Origin: a virus
Length of the DNA stretch: 64,000 nt
Direction: 5' to 3' (one strand)
IMG/VR virus record: IMGVR_UViG_3300050122_000027
Part shown: positions 11,079 to 21,691 of the stretch, one piece after another
How positions within the stretch are numbered: position 1 is the first letter of the stretch
Layout: the number at the start of each line of letters is the position of its first letter
The notes under the pieces: model-generated
Seen by the model: only the letters and a program-made list of their open reading frames with translations
What the model was told of the DNA's origin: nothing
The model's database searches: none
Made by a program: the position numbers and the translations under genes

Positions 11079-11951
11079 TTAGTTCACGTAGCCATTGTAA
11101 ATCAGGAGATTGTCGGAAGCCCATCCGACTCCTGATTTGAGAACGTTGAATTCCTTTCCAACATTGTTGTCGAGGAAGGCCACTGTATCATTCTGGATCA
11201 GGTTTTCCATCTGTGTCGCCTTGCTTGTGCCGGCGAAGTTGCCTGTCACGGTGCCGCTGCCACCGTAGTATGTCGGAATCGTAACAGGCAATGCTTGAGT
11301 CTGCAAGATCGAAGTTGCCGAAGTCATGGCTTCGGGTGAATAAACAAATGCCGTTGCCACCTGTTGGACAGACATGGCATTGGTGTTGATCTCGTTGACC
11401 CAGAAGGCCAACCCACCGGCATCAGGTGCTCGTCCGAGCACGTTCTCATAGAGCGATGTGACGAATTGTGTTTGATTGGCGTTGGCTGTGCCGGTGTTGT
11501 CTTGAATGTATTCATTGCTTGTGACAATCACGTTCACCATCTGCTGAAGTGTCGTGCCTGTCTCCAAGGCTTGAACGTCGTAGTATATACCTACTGGATC
11601 GGGTTCTCTGCCCAATAATATCTCATACAGATTGGTAACGGCAGTTGTCGCTTGTGTGGTGGTTGGTGTCGTCGTGCCCTTTTGGAATGCCGCCACGTCC
11701 TTCTCCAGAATGGGAAGGAGCTGGCTTTCGCCAAGCGGAATATGAGTAACATATCCTGCGAGAGCCGCATCGGTTGGGTTGGCCGCAATGGTGGGAACTT
11801 GGGCGTTGATCTGATGAAAGCTGTTGGATGTGAAGTTGAGTTGTGGCGATGTGCTCGGATAACGTGGGATGTTGAGATTCACGACGTAGCCTGACATCAG
11901 GCTACGATCTTCGAGCATCTCGATTGAGCCAATCTGTCTACGATTCTTCAT
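11079..11951 (-). CDS. DUF4214 surface protein with planctomycete-type export leader
   Basis: MKNRRQ...IEMLEDRSLMSG leader; two LYE.(L/V)LGR.PD..G repeats. Confidence 0.8.
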   Translation of the reverse strand: MKNRRQIGSIEMLEDRSLMSGYVVNLNIPRYPSTSPQLNFTSNSFHQINAQVPTIAANPTDAALAGYVTHIPLGESQLLPILEKDVAAFQKGTTTPTTTQATTAVTNLYEILLGREPDPVGIYYDVQALETGTTLQQMVNVIVTSNEYIQDNTGTANANQTQFVTSLYENVLGRAPDAGGLAFWVNEINTNAMSVQQVATAFVYSPEAMTSATSILQTQALPVTIPTYYGGSGTVTGNFAGTSKATQMENLIQNDTVAFLDNNVGKEFNVLKSGVGWASDNLLIYNGYVN

Positions 11952-11975
11952 CTTCGGTACTCCATTCAGATTGTG

Positions 11976-12020
11976 CGGCTTACAGGGATCAGGCTGCCGA
12001 AGCCTGATCCCTGTAAGCCG
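11976..12020. repeat. perfect 20 bp hairpin, 5 nt loop
   Basis: cggcttacagggatcaggct-gccga-agcctgatccctgtaagccg. Confidence 0.9.
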
Positions 12021-12943
12021 TTCCCTACGGTACAGTCCCACTCAAGTAAGGTAATACGTCAAGGGGATTGTAACGGCGGTACGATCCGGTCGTCATCACC
12101 GGACTATGTGGAATTGGAATCGGTACATCGATACTATGATCAACGTATCGGTTCCTCTTCAACATCCAAAAGTAAAGAAGCAGGTCTGCTACGGGTAGCA
12201 TTAGTCACCGTTGCTCTTGCTGGTGCTTGCCACAAGCCGTGGCCGTGGCACCTGATTGTCAAGCAGAAAGAATCGGATCTTCTCAATCGCGATTCGCATT
12301 TCCTCAGAGCCGTCGCCTTTGGAAATATTCAATGAGATGCGACGCTTACCGAAATACAACCGATAGCCGTTGCGGCCGTTCTCATCGATCTCGTTGATAC
12401 GAGATGCTTTGGCGAGGTTGAGATGTTGCCCGTCAAAGCTGATCCAGGAATTCATCTATGTCTCCGAAATAGCTTCCGGCTCACCAAGAGCCATGAATTT
12501 TCCCGCTGTGTCGAAATAATACAGGGTGCCGCGAACGTCTACTTCCCACTTAGCAGGTGAATCCCCTAATCCATCTGCTAATTCTTTACTGTGAAAGTCA
12601 GCACCGGATCTTGCAAGCATATTAACGAAGACATCGTATTCTGACATACTGTTTTCATTCATGGGGTGTTCGCTCATTTGTGGTTCTCAACTCCAAACGA
12701 TTGGCACACTCACGCAACGCCTTAATCACTTCTTTCCGTTGAGCGTTGGAAACATACTGTGTTTCCATATTGTTTTCAAATACAACCAAAGCAAATAGAT
12801 CACCAACAGGAAGAACGCTTTGAATCATTTCCGCGAGGGCTGAGAAATATTTCCTAAGCGTTGGCTCGTCCATTTCCGATAGTGTTTTAGCTTTCGGCTT
12901 GCCATCAGGATTCAACTTATGACGACGCTTTGGACGAGCCATC

Positions 12944-13375
12944 TTACATTCCACGTTTGTTGAGTTCAGTCATTTCTGCAAGCATAACGCGACGAAGTGT
13001 ATTATCTTCATCAGTCAGAGGCCAACTCCATTTTCGCCGTAAGAATTCTAAAACAATTTCACACTGATCTCGCTTGATAATAAGATAGGGTTGAATTGTT
13101 TCAAGAAATTCTTGCATCTCATGTTTGCGTGGCTTCCAAACAAAGCCAAGCTTATGTTTTGGATTTTGTCTTGGTTGTGGATTGATAATACCAATCCCTG
13201 TGATCCTTGAAATATATGTAAGAAAAATCATATTAGTGTTAGCAATTGTTACCCAAGGAAACGCACTAACACCAAGCATGCCTCTAATATTCTTAGAAGA
13301 TGTTATCGAGATTGATCCCTCACCATCAATTGCACAAGCAATGTATCCTTTTTCTGCTTGTGTTAGTTGATTCAT
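12944..13375 (-). CDS. single-motif LAGLIDADG endonuclease
   Basis: GYIACAIDGEGSI...TIANTN...LIIKRDQ. Confidence 0.85.
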   Translation of the reverse strand: MNQLTQAEKGYIACAIDGEGSISITSSKNIRGMLGVSAFPWVTIANTNMIFLTYISRITGIGIINPQPRQNPKHKLGFVWKPRKHEMQEFLETIQPYLIIKRDQCEIVLEFLRRKWSWPLTDEDNTLRRVMLAEMTELNKRGM

Positions 13376-15126
13376 AGAAAGCTTTCGCGATCATCTTCAA
13401 TGTTGGCTGCTTCATCCTCGATGACCGCATCTTCGATATTGGCTTGCTCGCGAGCTTCCTGTTCCTCTTCGGTTTCGTTCGCGATTGCTTGTCTCTTGAG
13501 AAGCGTATACATCATGCAAGCAAGTTGTGCTGCACTTGCTGCCGCAACGGGTCCGAAGTTTGTTTCAAAGACCTTGATCGCTTCAGAAAGGAAGTGTGCA
13601 AGGTCTGGTTGATCTTCCTTGATTTCATCAATCCGTGCATGTGTCGCCTTTTCAACATCGAATGGACGAGATGCAGGGTCTACGTAAGCGAGAATAACTT
13701 CTTTGGTGACAACGGGGAGCATATTACCTCATGTCTCTAACGTATGGCAAAGGGTTCCCGAAAGAATAAAGCACGCAATCTGTGGGTCCACCTGAATGAA
13801 CACCCTCATGTTCTTGTGGAATCGGAATGGATTCCTCAAACACGAAAAAGAAGCTGGCGGCTTGAACGAACTTCTTCCATTTGGAATGTGGAAAGCAACG
13901 CTTGCATCCCTTGGAACAATCGTGAATCTTGAGCTTGGAGAAACGCTTGCCCAACTTGAGCAAGATACCGAGTGCCATTTCCTCTGCTTGGAACTTGTTC
14001 CAAACATTGGCAATCACGAGTTCAGTTGGGTCATCGTCATCGAAGCAAATGAACCAAGGGTGTTCAGCCCATGATCCATGAAGGACCGGGTTCTTGTAAT
14101 AGACGCCATCTTCAGCCCGAGCATATGTGGGAACGAGGCTCATAATAATCTCCTTGGCTTGCAATAATCAATTGGAAATAGTATCGTGCTCGACTTTGAC
14201 TAACCTACTATTCTCGTTAAAGTACCACGTAGAATATGACGTGGCACCACGAACTTCTACCTCCCACCGTGCTATGACACGATTGTAGCAATCCCGATGA
14301 TAAAATTCTGCATTACAATTGATAAGCGATTGAATGAAATTTTCAAGTGTCATTGCGTTTCTCATTGGTACTTTGATCGTAGCCAGCCATGATCATGTTA
14401 GCACACCAACCGATGGCTTCATCCTTGGGAATTGAAGGCCATCTTTTTATCAATTCATCTGCCCATTTCTGGGCGTCGGTTCCTAATCGTTGCAACAATT
14501 CGCCACTTGTTTCAATAGTCATATTAGATCCTGATTGGTAAAGACTCTGACCGGTTTCCAAACGGTTCCCGGTTCGCCCGGAATCATTCCACCACAGATT
14601 GTGGTCCAATGATTGCCGCCAACCTTGACCAATAGCTCTGGAAGAACTCTCTTGATTGTCGGAATCACGGGCTCATATACTGTTGTATCGGAGCCAACAT
14701 AAAAGTATAAATGATTGGTGGCATCCCAAAAGTAACCGCGACCCCAAGTGTCCAAAGCATTTTCAGGGAGCTTAAGATGTTCGGCCCATTCCTGGTGGCT
14801 GTTGGCAACATGCCGAATCGTGTAGATGAATCCATTAGGATTCAATAGAAACATTCTTCGATAACCGTGGAATCGTTTAATCTTTTGTTCGATTTCGGTC
14901 ATCTTCTTCTCCAGCGACTTCAACAATCAGAACTTCGATATCACTATCTGATTGAATATCAAACTCTTTTGACAAACAAGCTAATGCTCGTTGTCGAATC
15001 TCTTCAGCCTTGTGGCTGTATAGGTGATGTATACTAACTTCCATTGATACATACACAATCATTGTCAATCCTCCATGATTGCTGCAAACCAATCAGTCTG
15101 TAATATCGATAGACTTCTTAGCCTTT

Positions 15127-15156
15127 ATTGTACCATGAAACCAAATCGGTTGTCAA
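15127..15156 (-). promoter_or_regulatory. sigma70 promoter
   Basis: TTGACA-N18-TACAAT with TG; the TGA stop of 15153..15545 lies inside TTGACA. Confidence 0.75.
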
Positions 15157-16059
15157 CCATTTTCTTTATCGCGGTCTGTTGATTGGCTTATCTTCTCTAC
15201 GAAGCGAATGCAAAGATCCGTTCCCATCCAAAAGTGAACAGCGATGCGAGAATACTTGTCTGCATCGTATCCTCGCTTGGCCAATCCGTTTCTGAAGTGC
15301 TCGAAGAATGACTTCGTGGTCTCATGATAAATAGTGCCACTGTTCCTAATAGGAAAGCCTGTTCTTTCTCGAACAACGTGGCTGATGTGTTCAATGTATG
15401 TATTGTATTGTGCTGTGTTCAATCCACGAACGATTCCTGTGACCAATATTTGTTCAGTTTCAGCATGATCAATATTGTAATACCAATCATAATATTCCTC
15501 TGGATCATAATCCATCTGCAAGCTGAAAATATCGCCGTCATTCATTAGTTCTTCTCGGCGTTGATGGATTGCAAGATCCGAGATCCGTTCAACTGATTGA
15601 TGCCATCAGCAATGTGGCTAAGTAAAGTATGAAGCCACTTGCCTTCTTCATCACTAGCATCTGGAAGTTGTATTGATGATTCCAATCCCCGGCGTGTAAT
15701 CGCAAGTCGAAGTGTCTTACCTTGAAGACGCTTCGGTGCATCGATATCGTTGATTATATAATCGTATTTCATACATACTCCATAGATTTGCGTGCAAGAA
15801 TACGTCGCAAAGGTTCCGGTACTTGGGAAATATGAATCTTCAGAGTTGCCTCTTCATCTGGTGTGTAGTATCTTTGGATTTCTTTTGTTTCTTGATCGTA
15901 GTAATCAATATTGTACCAACCGTTAGAATCACCGCAACTGATGATTCCGAACAACAATTCAATGGGTGCTGAACGTACAAATTCGTTTTTGAAGATGAAG
16001 ATAACAATGTCGCCCATTGACAATTCGTTCTTACTCATGTCAAGCATATTTGATTCCTT

Positions 16060-16120
16060 ATAAGGGTGAGGTATATTCGGGCTTCTCAACGAGAGAAGCC
16101 CGAATATACCTCACCCTTAT
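16060..16120. repeat. perfect 28 bp hairpin, 5 nt loop
   Basis: ataagggtgaggtatattcgggcttctc-aacga-gagaagcccgaatatacctcacccttat. Confidence 0.95.
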
Positions 16121-16316
16121 TCCAAGTTGTAATCAGCCTTTGTCAAGTTGCTCTTCTACCAATGCTTTTACTTCCTCTTCATTTGCGTTGGGATGTTCTT
16201 CCATGACAGCTTCGACGATATCTTCGATTGTTGCATCGGAGTCCGATGCTCCGACGTGATAGAGGACGGATTCTTTAAGTGTCATGTTCTTTGCTCTCAA
16301 TTAAAGATTATTTGAA

Positions 16317-16386
16317 GGTGGGATAAGAACCTCTTTATTGATTATTCAGAGCCCTTGAAAGGGCTTCGACCAATACTTACCCCACC
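16317..16386 (-). ncRNA. rod-like structured RNA candidate
   Basis: GGTGGGGTAAG/CTTATCCCACC closing stem; TATTGGT/ATCAATA; AGCCCT-TTCA-AGGGCT. Confidence 0.35.
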
Positions 16387-16388
16387 AA

Positions 16389-16441
16389 AGCCACCTCTCG
16401 GAATCGAACCCTGTCCGTCGCTCCCAATTGAGCAAGGTGCC
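16389..16441 (-). pseudogene. degenerate tRNA remnant with no anticodon arm
   Basis: GGCACCTT-GCTCAATTGGGAGC...GGTTCGATTCC...AGGTGGC; T-stem broken. Confidence 0.5.
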
Positions 16442-16866
16442 TAATCTCCTCGTTTATTCAATTCTGCCATTTCTGCAATCATAATTCTTCGTAAAGAATT
16501 ATCTTCCTCATTAAGAGGATTTGACCATTTTCTCGTAATGAATTCAAGAACAATAGCACATTGATCCCATTTGATTACAAGATCATCTTGGATCTGTGGC
16601 AATAGTTCTTTCATTTCATGTACACGAATATTCCAAACATACTTTTGTTTATGTCCTTCTTGTTTGAATCCTGGTGCAATACGTCCGATTCCTGTAATCC
16701 GATGTAAGTATGCTAGTAGTACCATATTTGTATTTGAAACATTTACGGTTGCAAAAGCTGTTACTCCTACAGCTTTGTTCTTTGAGTTGGCATTAATAGT
16801 AATGCAACCTTCACCGTCAAAGATTGCTGCAACATATGATTTCTGTTTCTCTGTGAGGCGTTTCAT
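16441..16866 (-). CDS. single-motif LAGLIDADG endonuclease
   Basis: SYVAAIFDGEGCI...NVSNTN...LVIKWDQ; ATG 3 nt after tRNA-Thr. Confidence 0.85.
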   Translation of the reverse strand: MKRLTEKQKSYVAAIFDGEGCITINANSKNKAVGVTAFATVNVSNTNMVLLAYLHRITGIGRIAPGFKQEGHKQKYVWNIRVHEMKELLPQIQDDLVIKWDQCAIVLEFITRKWSNPLNEEDNSLRRIMIAEMAELNKRGD

Positions 16867-16868
16867 AA

Positions 16869-16941
16869 AGGTCCGGGTGAGGGTCGAACTCACAACCTGT
16901 CGATTACAAATCGACGACTCTGCCAATTGAGCTACCGGACC
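16869..16941 (-). tRNA. tRNA-Thr(UGU)
   Basis: Complete cloverleaf: GGTCCGG/CCGGACC; GTCGA-TT-TGT-AA-TCGAC; GTGAG-TTCGACC-CTCAC; no encoded CCA. Confidence 0.92.
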
Positions 16942-16972
16942 AACGGTGCTCTGCCAATTGAGCTAAGGTGAC
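16942..16972 (-). pseudogene. isolated tRNA 5' half
   Basis: GTCACCT-TA-GCTCAATTGGCAGAGC-A-CCGTT, abutting tRNA-Thr. Confidence 0.6.
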
Positions 16973-17981
16973 TTGTGTTAAGGATTCTCTTTCTCAGCGG
17001 AAACGAATAGGATGATTTCCCCTTCGAAAAGTTCCATCAACAGATGATCGACAAGTTCCCGTGATCCATTGGACCACAATAGCTCGCCGCAATCATTGGG
17101 TGGGTTGTCTGGTTGTCCAAACTGTTCAATGATCTTGGCAATCCGAACTTGACCTTCTGTTCCGAAATCATATGATACTGCGACGATCATATCATCTCCA
17201 ATTTGTGACGCGATCCATTACGGTTTCCAACCGCAACAATCGGTCTTCAAGAAGTCGAATAGGTGATTGGGCAATCGAATCTGCAATAGCTTGCCATGCT
17301 TCCTTTTCGTGGCGTGTAAGTTCCTGCCAAACAAGCATGTTTGGTGGACACAGTGTTGTAATATAGATTTGGTAAAGCATCTCTGCTGTGATCATTGGCA
17401 ATATCCTTTCATTGCCTATCATCTAATATTTTCCTACGTCGGCGAAGGAAGTCTTTGAAATCTTCGATGATTGCTGCATCGTTTACGGTATCAATTTGAT
17501 GTCCACATTTCGGACATGGTGGACAATCACTTGTCTCGCCAACGAAGCCAAATCTTTTCTTGCATTTCGGACATTGGCAATCATGAAATGCACTCATAAT
17601 TAACCTTGTGGTTACATATCGTTGTCACCGCAAAGTTTGCATGTACAACAAAAGAATCCTCCCTCGACGGCTGAACTACCGTCATGGTATTTGTGATCGC
17701 ATGCTCTGGCGAGCCTTGCCCAAGTTTCTTCTGCTTGGGCAAGCTCTCGTCGATGCCGTTCTCGAATCCTGCTGTGTGCTTCGGCTGAAGCTTCTTTGAG
17801 TGTGTTGATCTGGTCCTGTGTCATGGCAGTTTTCCTGCAATAGTAGCAACGTAAGCAATAACGGCTCCAGCCGCAACGAATACGAAGGCGAGGCATCCAC
17901 CGTGAATAGTGCGGTGCTTAATCGTACCAACGATACCTGCAATAATCATCGTGACGCCGATAATGTACACAATCCAATGTA

Positions 17982-18599
17982 TCATGTTTCTTCTCTTGGC
18001 TTGCGACGATCAATTGTAATAGGCGGTGTGTGTCCAGTGTTCATCAACAAATAAACAACTGGAATAGCTAACATTGTAAATATCCAGGGAATAATCATGC
18101 TAACAACATCGTCAGCAGCTTTTCGTTGATTAAGCAATCGTTCTTCCTCATCAACAATACTATGTATGATATCATCAATATGTCCTTTAATAGGAATACC
18201 TTCTGCAATCATGATTTCTGTTGCATGTTTCTGATCTGTTACCGCTGTTCGCATTACCTCAGCAGCTTCAGTTTTGCTTGTAATAAGCAAGGCATCGAGT
18301 TCAGCAATTCTTCGTGTTTGAGACACGTTGTCATGTGTTGAAGTATTGAGCACTTTACTGAGTTGTTCAATTTCTTTGTGGACCCGATAGTATTCTTGTT
18401 GATACCGCTTGTCCAATGTGAAACAATACATGCGTTTGGCAAGAAGACTCTTGTCAACTGTCGAAATAATAAGTTCTGCTTGTATCATCACCTTATACGT
18501 GTGTTCCATCCAATAGACAGTGATTGTCTTGATGTATAAGTTCAACCAAAAACCAACGCACAACATCGAAACGATTGCGACCGGGCGAAGAAATTTCAT
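17982..18599 (-). CDS. stand-alone CHASE3-like membrane protein
   Basis: TM, then W.EHT..V ... RMYCFT.D.RY...Y ... EEERLL.QR, then TM; no output domain. Confidence 0.65.
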   Translation of the reverse strand: MKFLRPVAIVSMLCVGFWLNLYIKTITVYWMEHTYKVMIQAELIISTVDKSLLAKRMYCFTLDKRYQQEYYRVHKEIEQLSKVLNTSTHDNVSQTRRIAELDALLITSKTEAAEVMRTAVTDQKHATEIMIAEGIPIKGHIDDIIHSIVDEEERLLNQRKAADDVVSMIIPWIFTMLAIPVVYLLMNTGHTPPITIDRRKPREET

Positions 18600-19245
18600 G
18601 TTACCCTTTGCGAGGTATGTTTGGAAACAAAATAGCTTGCAATCTAACAAATAGGGGTTCTGGAAATTGTTCGCTCATTAATTCATGTGCGAACGATTCA
18701 ATATGTATCATACAAACCATAACTTCATCATCGACTACCGATCGACTCTTGAGAGCCCGAATCATACGGCCAAAATGAGGCAACCGGAATCCTTCGGCGT
18801 CGAATTCTGAATTCGGGTGTTCCCGATTACGAAGATCAATAAGATACTTTTGTAATACATTTTCAATATCATTAATCAAATAATGAAGTTCTTCATTCTC
18901 CAATAACATTCAATCATCTTCTATAATGTCTAAAGGATAGAAGTTGACCGTAGTATGTTCTGCTCGCTGTGCTGTATATCGTCGCAAGCCAAGGATAATA
19001 GACTTACGTGGAATCTTGAGCTTTGCTGTAGGATAGGCTTCATGCCAACCATCAGCCCGAAATTGTTTCTCTAGAATCGTTTTGCCTTCTTGGTACAGTA
19101 CATAGAAAATCATTCTCTGACTTTCACATTCAACAAAGTTGTCAACTGAACAACATTTACCTCAGTTTGTTTAGTTTCCTTGTCTTGGTTGTTGTGAACC
19201 GTTGTGATAGTCAACAACAACGGTTCAGATTTTACAATCCCTGGA

Positions 19246-20157
19246 TCAGGCGATGATAAAGTCTCGGTCTTTGTAAGGTCCTTCCAGGAGAGCGACAAGA
19301 TCAACCTCCTTAAAAGATTCATTCGGGATCATGTGACGATATTGATTATACCCAGGCATATTGCCGCCATTACGATCAGTATCACCGCGTGCTTCATTGG
19401 GATGTTCTGTTGGTGTTGCGTGAGCCAGTCTCACACAATCATCATGTCGTGCCTTGGCTTGTTCGTATGTTGCGATCTTGTCATCGACCGTCTTGTAGCT
19501 TACCCAAGCAGAACGGGCAACTGACCAATGTGTAAGTACGCCAAGCTCCTCTTTGCTGACGGTTCTAAGATTGATTGGACCACGATGGAGATCCTTGACA
19601 AATGGCATATGCCAATCGCCGACATCCAAGAGTGTAGGACGCGAGGCAACATATTCTCTTGCCATGTTGACCGCAAGGCGTTGGATTCTGGGTTCGGCGA
19701 ATGGTGTCATTCGCAATCCACAAAAGTTCATGAATCCTGCTCGGGGCCAAGTCGAAACGACATTGATCCAACCGAATGCTTCAATGAACCGATTGACGAT
19801 CTCTTTGTGAAGTTCATAATCTTTGACGAGGTGTTCACATTCGTCAATGTCAACATACAGGATCTTGAGAAGCTTGGCACGAGCACCGATGACATCATCG
19901 ATTTCGGCACCAGCTTGCATTCCTGCTTTGTTGGTTCCAAAATGCAACGGCATGGCAGGATCATTCATGATCCATGCCTTCATTTTACGCCAAGGAATCG
20001 CTCTCGAAGAGCTTGCATTGCGGCTCGCTGAACGGTGCGTCATGAACTCCGCGTGTATTACTCTTTCATGGCAATGTGTAAAGGTAATGGCTTCACAGCC
20101 AACAATATTTACGCTATGAAGTTCAAGATGTGCCTTGAAATTACCCTTTTGAATCAC
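19246..20157 (-). CDS. thyX: FAD-dependent thymidylate synthase
   Basis: HAEFMTHRSASRNASSSRAIP, AEPRIQRLA, WHMPF, HATPTEH. Confidence 0.9.
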   Translation of the reverse strand: MIQKGNFKAHLELHSVNIVGCEAITFTHCHERVIHAEFMTHRSASRNASSSRAIPWRKMKAWIMNDPAMPLHFGTNKAGMQAGAEIDDVIGARAKLLKILYVDIDECEHLVKDYELHKEIVNRFIEAFGWINVVSTWPRAGFMNFCGLRMTPFAEPRIQRLAVNMAREYVASRPTLLDVGDWHMPFVKDLHRGPINLRTVSKEELGVLTHWSVARSAWVSYKTVDDKIATYEQAKARHDDCVRLAHATPTEHPNEARGDTDRNGGNMPGYNQYRHMIPNESFKEVDLVALLEGPYKDRDFIIA

Positions 20158-20375
20158 GATGACTCATCTCCGATGATTGCAGAATCCACAGGTTCCGTTA
20201 TAAATAATTAGACCGACTGTGCCACAACGGAAACAATATGTGCCATCGATCTTGACGACACATTGAGAATGTTCAAGCTCGAAATCTACATTTGAATGTG
20301 ATTTCGTACCGCAACGTTGGCAAAGATAATATTTACCATCGAATGCCAACCAATAGAGGATCATGTGATGTTGCA

Positions 20376-20864
20376 TCAAATCTTTGGCTTCCACGTCCGA
20401 TTATTTGCAATATTGTAAATGCCCGCAATACCAATTCTGTTTCTGAATCTTGGCATAGCTGCAATTTCTTTTGCAGTAATACCAAACGCTCTTAGTCGTC
20501 TAATTTCATCGGCATCTGATTGGTCAATCAAAGATTGATTCTGACCACCTGGTAATTTACCTTTGTTACGTTCTTTGCTTGAGCAATCATCTATATTTTC
20601 TTGTTGTGTTCCATCGAATAAATGATTTGGGCGACAACAAGGAGGATTGTCGCAGGTGTGTAATATTTGTTTATCCCCTGGCCAAATATTGTTTGTTAAA
20701 TAATACGCAATAATGTGGGCTCCATAACTACGACGTTGGTAACAAACAACACCGTAGTTATATGTAGTTCTACTGCCACTCCAAGGCCAACAACCATCTT
20801 TTGGTTGATGGACTCGGTTCCAAAACTCAATACGATCTTGTTCTGTAATGCTTGGAATAATCAT
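20376..20864 (-). CDS. HNH endonuclease, MIIP family (HNH + HTH)
   Basis: DGCWPWSG...ILHTCDNPPCCRPNHL..GT. Confidence 0.85.
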   Translation of the reverse strand: MIIPSITEQDRIEFWNRVHQPKDGCWPWSGSRTTYNYGVVCYQRRSYGAHIIAYYLTNNIWPGDKQILHTCDNPPCCRPNHLFDGTQQENIDDCSSKERNKGKLPGGQNQSLIDQSDADEIRRLRAFGITAKEIAAMPRFRNRIGIAGIYNIANNRTWKPKI

Positions 20865-21691
20865 TCTTGGCCTTGAATAATTGTATCTTTGACAATAAAG
20901 CCTGCTGCTGGCTTATGCCCTCCTCCCCCAAATAGCTTGGCGACGGCTGAAACGTCGAAGCCATTGTTTGATCGAAGTGACCATTTCATGCCACCAGGCA
21001 CATCATGGTAAATTGCAGAGAATGGAGCATCTGGATTCAGTTGACAGATCCGCTCTCCAATTTCGGATTGCAAGATCAATGAATACACCGCAGGTATGGT
21101 ATGTTCGCCGATCACCTTCGGTTGTGCAACACTGGCAAGGTAATTCACTTTGCCTTGAATATACTTCAACACTGCTGTTCCGGATGCAACGATTGTTGAT
21201 TCATCATCAACGAGCTTGAGAGCGAAATCAGACCAGCTTTGGAATGTTCGCTCTTCAAGATCCAAAGCTGCTGAAACTTCTCGGCTGTGTGGGAGCTTCC
21301 ATGTCCAGAGATCACGATCTTGTATGTACTCAATGAGCGTTGGGGCATCGCTGTGTGGATTGAAATATTCCCAGGCGAGCATAGCTCCACTCTTAGTCAT
21401 GTCGAAGATGATCTCGCCACCACTTTGAAGTTGCAATCCTTCAAGGGATGTTTGAGCGGTAGTATGATGGTCCAAGCAAATAACTTTGTGCTTGGTTCCC
21501 AGATCAATCATTGTCTCTCTTGGGAAGGAAAAGTCCAAGATGTAGACCGTTTCCGTATCGATTGGAGGAATTGGATCTCCGTAATCGATCGGAATATACT
21601 TGGCCCAATCGCCCAAGGTAAGATACGCTGCCCAGGCGGCACCGTAACCATCGGGACAAACTGGACCATGATACAATACTGTACTGTTCAT
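20861..21691 (-). CDS. DHH/DHHA1 phosphoesterase
   Basis: CPDGYGAA, ILDFSF, LDHH, YIQDRDLW, WSLRS, GGGGHKPAAGF. Confidence 0.9.
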   Translation of the reverse strand: MNSTVLYHGPVCPDGYGAAWAAYLTLGDWAKYIPIDYGDPIPPIDTETVYILDFSFPRETMIDLGTKHKVICLDHHTTAQTSLEGLQLQSGGEIIFDMTKSGAMLAWEYFNPHSDAPTLIEYIQDRDLWTWKLPHSREVSAALDLEERTFQSWSDFALKLVDDESTIVASGTAVLKYIQGKVNYLASVAQPKVIGEHTIPAVYSLILQSEIGERICQLNPDAPFSAIYHDVPGGMKWSLRSNNGFDVSAVAKLFGGGGHKPAAGFIVKDTIIQGQE

